From NCBI GenBank assembly GCA_025558095.1, contig JAIVFI010000018.1, forward strand, positions 62,001 to 126,000: a stretch of 64,000 nt of DNA, written 5' to 3'. Numbering within the stretch: position 1 is the first letter of the stretch; every line of letters starts with the position of its first letter. Made by a program: the position numbers and the translations under genes. Positions 56,832 to 64,000 of the stretch are shown piece after piece. Under the pieces are notes generated by a model. It saw only the letters and a program-made list of their open reading frames with translations. It had not been told where the DNA came from and made no database searches. This DNA is from Hyaloraphidium curvatum SAG 235-1. Lineage: Eukaryota; Fungi; Monoblepharomycota.

Positions 56832-58751
56832 TCACTTCCCCAACGCGAAACCAGGGAATCCGTCGGCTAGGAGGTCGTTGCAGGCTTTTCTGTACGCCGT
56901 GAATCCGCCGATGTACGGCCTTGAGGGAAGAGGAAGTCAGATAAGCAGATTGACGCGCGTCCGTGGCTCTCACATGAGGACTCTTGGCTTGCCTGGTATG
57001 TTTGCTCCCTGCCGAAGCGGTGAAAGAATGAGAAAGAAACGTCGGGGCCATGGCATGCAAGCCTTGAAAGACACTTACAACGTACCAAGAGGCGCAGCCA
57101 TGGCTGAACAGCGTCCCCTTTCCCAGGTTGTTGTTGTGAGTAACCCACGCATCCACGGTTTCGGGCAGCGGATCCAGAGTTTTGATGCCCTCTTTCCGCA
57201 TCCACGCAATCACGTCGGTCGTGTACTCGACCATTTGCTCGAGGGAAATGACCATGTTCGCTGGCAGGCAGAGTCGTGAGTTGGACCGCCCCCGGATGAT
57301 GGAAGCAGTATCTCCCCACTCAGCACAGACGGCGATCCCGGTCCGGAAATGAGGAAGAGATTCGGGAAACCATCGACCATGGAACCCAAGATAGTCTTCG
57401 GGCCCTCGGCCCAGCGATCCTTCATCGTCACGCCGTTCCGGCCGACGATGTCCATCCTGAGGACTGAACCCGTCATTGCATCGAATCCTGTCGCGCAGAT
57501 GATCGAGTCGAAAGGCCCGTAGCGATCTCCGTTTGCCAGCGTAACCATTCCATCCGGACCTCCGACCTTTTTTATCGGGTTGTCCTTCACACTGACCAGC
57601 TTCACCTGTGGTAAATTGTAAGTCTGGTAGTAGCCAACGTCGATGCAGCTCCTTTTGCAGCCGATCGGAAAGTCCGGGCACAAGAGCTCCGCTGTTGCAG
57701 GATCCTGAACGATGGATCGGATCTTCCTGTGGACGAACGCCTTCACCACGTCGTTGGCTTCCTGGGAAGCCACAATGTCCGTCGCTATTCTGCCGAATCC
57801 GAGGCCGCCGAAGCGCCACTGTTCTTCAAGCAAGGCCTCGATTTCTTCGCTGGTCATCTCGTTCATCCGCTTAGTGGGGATCATGAACCCCTGAACAACG
57901 CAGGCAGGCCGCCGGAGGGCCTCGCTCCGAAGCTCGTCGTAGTGGGCCTTGTCCTCTGCCACTTCCTCGAGAGACAGTTGCCGATTATGCGCGGGAATGC
58001 TGTAGCACGGAGTCCTCTGGAACACCGTAAGAGCCGCCGTCTCCTTGGCGATGGCCGTGATGGTCTGGTTGCCCGAGCTGCCTGTGCCAATCACCGCGAC
58101 CTTCTCCCCCTCGAAGCTGACCTTCTCGACCGGCCAGCGCGCAGTGTGGAAGATCCGCCCTTTGTACGTTTCGAAGCCGGGCCACTTAGGCAGGTTCGGC
58201 GCGCTCAGGCATCCGGTCGCAAGGATGAGAAACGACGACTTATAGTGCCCGACGCGCTGCTCGCCCCCGTCTTTCCCCAGCAGGTCACCGATCGAACGCT
58301 CCCCGGTTTCCCGGTGCGAGACGGTGATGTCCCAGCACTTTTCGTCCTCGTTCCACGCGCAGCTCTTCACTCGGGAATTGAACTGGATGCTGCGCGCCAG
58401 GCCGAATCGCTCCACGACGTGGTCGATGTACGTCATGAGCTCGGGTTGCGGGGCGAACCTCTCCTTCCACGTCCATTCCTGCTGTAAGTCCTTGTCGAAC
58501 GAGTAAGAATACTCGGCACTGCGGACGTCCACGCGGGCGCCAGGATAGCGATTGTGGTTCCAGGTCCCTCCTGGTCGGTCGCTCAATTCCTAAAGGGGGA
58601 CAATGCTGAGCCGGCAAGGTACCTGAACGGAATGACATGGACCCACAAAGCACGCCACGTCGAGGTTCAAGAAGTCGCGCAGCCGCCGAATGAGATAGAG
58701 GCCGGAGAAGCCGCTCCCCACGACCACGACGTCGTGGACTTTTGCTGCCAT
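56832..58751 (-). CDS. Baeyer-Villiger monooxygenase (cyclohexanone/phenylacetone monooxygenase type)
   Basis: VVVVGSGFSG, GGTWNHNRYPG, ATGCLS, YKGRIFHTARWP (BVMO fingerprint), VIGTGSSG, FQRTP, ATGFD, GFPNLF, MPYIGG. Confidence 0.95.
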
Positions 58752-59056
58752 ATTTCCGCGTCTCCGAACCGCAGATTGCGGGCGACAAAAGTAGCAAAGG
58801 TTCTGAAACGCAACGAGCCCCCGCGGAGCGAGATTGGGTGGCAGTGGGGAAACGAATCGGGGGAAGCTTCTACGCGGAATGTCTCCCCCGGCTGACCGGC
58901 CCCATTCCCCGCAAGTGAACGTGGAGCTCCGAAACGCATCGCCCTCTTGTATCGTATCAATTCGCAGAGTAAGATCAACTGTACAGAGCCCGATTCGGGG
59001 GAAAGAACAGCTAGCTAGACGGTTTCCCGACGTCCCAAGACCGAAGAACGAAGACC

Positions 59057-59838
59057 TCAAGCCTTCTGCTGCCTCCTCTTCTCCGCGAGCCTGTTCCACT
59101 CCGAGGGGTCCTGGTGACAAGACATCAGCCCCAAATGGGTGTTATTGTTCCGTGGGACGCACCTTGGGCTCGGCGTGGAACTGCGTGAGGGAGCCGTCCG
59201 AGCCGACCTTGGCGGTGATGACGGAGCAGAAGCCCTGCATACAGATCGATCAGTTGCGCACGTTTGACAAACGTATCCGAAATCGAATCTACCTTGGGGA
59301 AGTCGCTCGAGGGGATCATGTCGCCGGTGGTGTACTGCGGACATCGTCCGTGTGATCCATCGATCCGATAGCACAGTCAGCGACGGAGAACCCACGACTT
59401 CGGCCCTGGCAGTGTCTCCTTCGACCTTGATCGGGGAAGCGGGCTCGACCTTTACATGCTGCTGCTTGATCCGGTCTTCAAAGGCACAGACGATCAGCGG
59501 CGACCAGGGAGCGGCGCCGATCCATGCGAAACACCAACGCTCGAGCCACTCCTTGACCTCGTCCCCGCGCATGGTCTGCTGCGCCGTGACCCCGTGAGGC
59601 ACCTATGTAGACTTCCAGATTCAGCCTCATCGCCGCGGCCGACGCTGCCGACCAACCCACCCGGACCTCGGCGTTCTTGAGGACGTTGTAGGCCCTGTCG
59701 TCGGAGTGTTCGTGCTGCGCAAAAGGGGAAGCGGGGGACGAGACGCTACCTGTCCGGTTCTCCGGCGTTAACCGCCTCAATGTACTCCTTGACGCACTCC
59801 CCCGCCCGCCCGCTGCCTTCCATCTGAATGTTGCTCAT
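59057..59838 (-). CDS. Small NTF2/SnoaL-like protein, paralog 1 (multi-exon)
   Basis: Spliced MSNIQMEGSGRAGECVKEYIEAVNAGEPDR|AYNVLKNAEV|PHG..GDEVKEWL|..IKVEGDTARAEV|..DMIP|GFCSVITAKVGSDGSLTQFHAEPK|DPSEW..; homologous to 61378-62070. Fold call is by pattern only. Confidence 0.6.
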
Positions 59839-60029
59839 GATCGTTGGCGAAGGGGTGTAGAAATGTCGGTGTTGGCGCGATGAAATGCGATGGAGGAGTT
59901 TGGCGAGTCGACGTCCCATGGATGACTGGACGCCGGTGAATCACCCACAGCGAGCGAACAGCGAAACCGACACCTGAACCTGAACCTCCTATCCAATGGC
60001 GCTCGCTCGATAAGGCAGCTACAATACAT

Positions 60030-61236
60030 TCAATGCTGGATGCCATGCGGCGCTCGTTCCTCGAGGTCCACCTTCCTCGCTGCGCACATCATCCCGACCT
60101 GCACCTCGCGGATCTCGACCATCCAATAGATCCGCCCGCCGACCTCCACTTCCCCCGCCCATCCGCGCGTCGTCAGCCCGTCCGCGATGCCGCGAAACCT
60201 GCGCCGTTCGGATGTGCAAAAGTCCGGGACGGGAAGCGGGACGGCGAAGGAGCCTGTCGGGGTCAGGTGCCTGCCCCTGTCGGTATCGGCCAACCAGAGG
60301 GAATCGAGGGCAGCCGCTAGGGGCAGCATGTGTCCGCGCCCGACGTGCACCTTGTCCTTGTCGACATCCAAGAGATCGAGCGAACGGCCGGGTGGCGCCG
60401 ACGACGGATCGGGCTCCACAACCTGGAACTGGTGAAGGGGTCACGAATCAGAGTCAAACAGCGGTACGGCCCATCCCGAAAGAGCTCACCTCGTCCCACC
60501 AACCCGGATTCCCCGTCAGCAAACGCCGCGGCTTCCCTCCCGGCTCAGTCGGAGGCAGATCGTCCGAGTCCACAAGAGCAAAGAAGACCGAGGACGGCGC
60601 ATGCCGCGGGCGCGAGGCAAACACCCGAAACGACTCGGAGGGAGCGAAAGAGACGCGTTTAGAGTTGAAGAAGCCCTTCACGAGCTGCCGAAAGGTCGGC
60701 GGCTTCTTTGGCGGCGGCACCGAGTCCGGTTCGCGGAGGATAATGGGCAGCCCGCGGTACCCGTCACCCTTGCTCGCTCGCCAGCCGCGGAGAAGGATGG
60801 AGTCCGGGGTTGTCTGCTCCCCAGGTCCGCTCCACTCTCCCAGCCAAGGATTGGCAGAAAGACCCATCTCCACGGCGTTGAGGACAAAAGCGCCCTTCGA
60901 TTTCCCATTGGACTGCTCAGATTCATCCGAGAGATAATCCGAATCGTCCGAATCGGGCTCTGGCCACCCGCACGCGAATGTCGCCCGCAACGGGTGGGCT
61001 CCCTCGGCGAAGTGTGCTCGCAGACGCGCGCGCAGCAGGAACGGCAGGCGGGCCAGGTGTGACCGCGATAGGCGCGCAGTCACGCGCACGAGCTCCGACG
61101 TTGGAAGGCACAAGAGGACGCGGTCGACGAGCTCGGGAGGAAGCTCTGGAAGCTCCGGCGCCGCACCATCGGTCGCATCGGCCACGATGCGCGGCGGCAC
61201 GCCCGCTGCTGGGTGTTTGGTTGCCTTCTTTGGCAT
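60030..61236 (-). CDS. F-box-like protein
   Basis: LPELPPELVDRVLLCLPTSELVRVTARLSR near the N-terminus; probable intron near 60430-60490 joins ORF 60030..60419. Confidence 0.6.
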
Positions 61237-61377
61237 CCCGATGACCCGAGCGTCGGGAGCTGCAGCAGGAGCAGCGGGTTTGGCCGGTCAGGGATCGGAG
61301 ACGACGCGGCGCGGCCGCGCCCGAGGTGACAGCTCATCCAAGTTCGAATCACCGCTTCCCACGGCGACCGGAAAACG

Positions 61378-62070
61378 ATGGAGGCAGAGATCAAGATCCA
61401 GCGGAAAAGGCGCTGCCGGCGAAGCTGTCAAATCGTACATCGAACGGGTCAATGCAGGAGACCCCGACGGAGCATTCGAGCTCATGCGGGACTGCGAAGT
61501 CATGGTGAGCATTCCCTGCTCAGCAGCGCCCTGAAGCTCAAGGGAGCCTGGCTGCAGGTGCCTCACGGGACTACCTTGCACCACAAGATGACGGGCAAAC
61601 AGGTCCAGGATTGGCTCATTCGTGCGGACTCTGTGGCTTCGTCTCGTTTTTCTTGCCTGACATCAGTCGTAAGATCGGATCAAGGAGCAGCACGCGAAAG
61701 TGACTGTGGCATCGCCAATCATGGTTGAGGGCGACAGCGCTACGGTTGAGATGGTACAGCTCGTCCTGACAGCTAGTGCTGGAGGTCCAGGCTGATGAGC
61801 TGTCAATTCAGAGGACGAGCAACGACATGATTCCTCGCACCCTCTTTCCGGACGTGCGTGTTCCCACCATCCTCTATTTACATAGCTTAATGCTCCATGC
61901 TCCAGGGTTTCCCGGACATAGCTTAATGCTCCATGCTCCAGGGTTTCCCGGCCATCGTACACGCCCGCGTGGGACCCGACGGCAAGTTCACAGAGTTCCG
62001 GGCCTCGCCCAAGGACATGGAGGGCTGGAAGACACTGGCGTCCCACAGGGACAGCGAGTGGGGAGAGTAG
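61378..62070 (+). pseudogene. Small NTF2/SnoaL-like protein, paralog 2, probably disrupted
   Basis: GEAVKSYIERVNAGDPD, VPHGTT..GKQVQDWL, IMVEGDSATVEM, DMIP, GFPAIVHARVGPDGKFTEFRASPKD match paralog 1. The likely ATG (61378) is one nt out of frame, and a 36-bp duplication sits at the last acceptor. Confidence 0.55.
61880..61951. repeat. Perfect 36-bp tandem duplication
   Basis: acatagcttaatgctccatgctccagggtttcccgg at 61880-61915 and 61916-61951. Confidence 0.97.
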
Positions 62071-62135
62071 GGCCAAAGGGGGCGGAATCAATCTTTGCAA
62101 TCGCATCGAGACTCGCAGTCAAGTTTGCATCTTGA

Positions 62136-64000
62136 TCAGTGGTTGTGCCTCGCCTCTCCCCTCGTCTCGATCACCCGAAGGTACTTGACCGCGTCCTCCA
62201 GGCACCCTCCAGTCGCCAGCTGCCCGACCATGCCCCTGTAAATCTCCTCCCACGGGGTCTGGTTCACCAGCACGGGCGGCTTCCACTCCGCCCTCCGCCG
62301 CTCCATCTCCCCCCCGGGAAGCACGACGTCCACGGTCCGCGAGTTCAGGTCCATCCGGATCTTGTCGCCCGTGCGGAGCAGCGCGAGACCGCCGCCGATC
62401 GCCGCTTCGGGAGAAACGTTGAGGACCGAGGGGGAACCGGAGGTGCCGGATTGCCGGCCGTCGCCGAGGGTGGGCAGGGCGGATATGCCCTGCTTGATGA
62501 GGTACGAAGGAGGCTGCATGTTGACGACTGTACGAAGAAAGCGGTGAGACCACGCCTTGTCAGCGGGAGACCAGGTTTCCCACCTTCGGCCGATCCCGGA
62601 TAGCCAACAGGTCCGCAATTCCGAATGATCAGTATCGACTGCGGAGGGATGGCCAAGCTCGGGTCGTCGATCCGCTTGTGGTAATCCTCCGGCCCTTCAA
62701 ACACAAACGCAGTGCCCTCGAAGACATTCTCGCGCCCGGGAGTGCTGAGGAAACGCTGGCGGAACTCGTCATCAATCACCGAAACCTTCAGCACGGCTGA
62801 TTCGAAGAAGTTGCCGCTGAGCACCACGTAGCTGTCGGAAGAGGCATATTCAGCCAGGAATCTTCACCGAAGAAGACACGGGCACCGACCCAGCGTTCTT
62901 CTTCATCGGGCTGTCGTAGGCGCGGATCACTTCGCGATCGGTGTCCTCCATCTTCACTTTGGCCAGGTTCTCGGCCACGGTCTTGCCCGTGACGGTCATG
63001 CAGGACCCGTCCAGCACGCCGGCGTCGAGCAGCTCCCTCATGACCGCCGGCACGCCTCCGCCGCGGTAGAATCGTTCCCCGAGCCATCTAAGGGGGAAAG
63101 ATGCCAATGTCGGTTAACTGCTCTTCAAAAGCTCGCAACGCCCAGATGCCACCTCCCCGCCGGCTGCATGTCGACCAGGAGCGGCACCGACGGTCCGACC
63201 TCCTGCCAATCGTCCAAAGAGTGCTGCACTCCGGCGTGGCGCGCGATGGCGACCATGTGGATGGGGCAGTTGGAGGAGGCGCCGAGGGCCGCGGCGGCGG
63301 CGGCGCAGTTGCGGAACGAGGCGGGGGAAAGGATCTTGGAAGGCTTGAGGTCCTCTCGGACCATGTGTACTATCCGTCTGAACAAGGAGATGGTCAGACG
63401 CGTTTTGAATGAAAGTCGAACCGAACGACTCACTTTCCGGTCTCGTAGGCCATCTGCCCTCGTTGCCGGTACGCCGCAGGGATCGCGGAACACCCCGGCA
63501 AGCTCATTCCCAGCACTTCGGCGAGCGCATTCATCGACGAAGCCGTCCCCATTGTCGAGCAGTGCCCCCACGAGGTCGACGACGCCGCAACCATCTCGAC
63601 AAACTCCGAATCGTTGATCTCCCCTGCGGAGTGGAGTTTTCGCGCCTTCCACAGCACCGTCCCGCTCCCCGCCAGTTCCCCGCGGAAGTACCCGTCCAGC
63701 ATCGGACCGCCGCTGAACACGATCGCGGGCAGGTCCACGGTGGCCGCGCCCATCAGCATGGCGGGTGTAGTCTTGTCGCACCCCGTAGTCAGGACGACGC
63801 CGTCGATCGGATACCCGTGGAGCACCTCGACCAGGCCGAGGTAGGCGAGGTTGCGATCAAGGGCCGCGGTCGGGCGCTTCCCGGTCTCCTGGATCGGGTG
63901 CACGGGGAATTCGAGGGGGACGCCGCCGGCGGCAATGATTCCGTCACGGAGGCGGGAAGCGAGGATGGTGTGGTGCCTATTGCAGGGGCTGAACCACGGG
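62136..64000 (-). CDS. IlvD/Edd-family dehydratase, sugar-acid (xylonate/arabinonate dehydratase, XylD-like) type; 5' end outside the window
   Basis: [76 protein letters not shown]-terminal RHNH; contains introns. Confidence 0.93.

Noticed and set aside
1-64000. Bacterial origin or operon interpretation of the window
   Set aside because: Pervasive GT-AG introns with branch points and eukaryote-specific genes (Zn2Cys6, GT71, tricalbin); several bacterial-type genes themselves contain introns.

Overview
This is eukaryotic, GC-rich, gene-dense DNA. It has many short spliceosomal introns (about 50-75 nt, GT...AG, CTGAC/CTAAC-type branch points), so most ORF-track entries are exon fragments or antisense shadows. 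A Zn2Cys6 factor, a GT71 mannosyltransferase and a tricalbin point to a fungus; an early-diverging lineage such as a chytrid or monoblepharid is my inference. About 30 protein-coding genes were reconstructed by manual splicing. The most striking is a six-domain fusion at about 11.1-15.55 kb: heme-peroxidase-like + DOMON + cytochrome b561 + cytochrome b5 + FAD/NAD(P)H reductase. It would form a complete NAD(P)H-to-extracellular-heme electron chain in one polypeptide, analogous to DUOX but built from different modules. Other notable items: two paralogous 7-TM proteins with a topology like insect gustatory receptors (7TMIC); a 97-bp MITE with 23-bp TIRs and a 6-bp TSD; a 4-nt microexon in the ALDH gene; several bacterial-type genes (DUF1304, DUF4377-META-META, GH110-like, 3D domain, XylD-like dehydratase, bacterial Ig repeats); and a decaying paralog with a 36-bp duplication across a splice acceptor. 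No tRNA, rRNA or CRISPR array was recognised. Domain calls come from motif recognition by eye; no database search was run.
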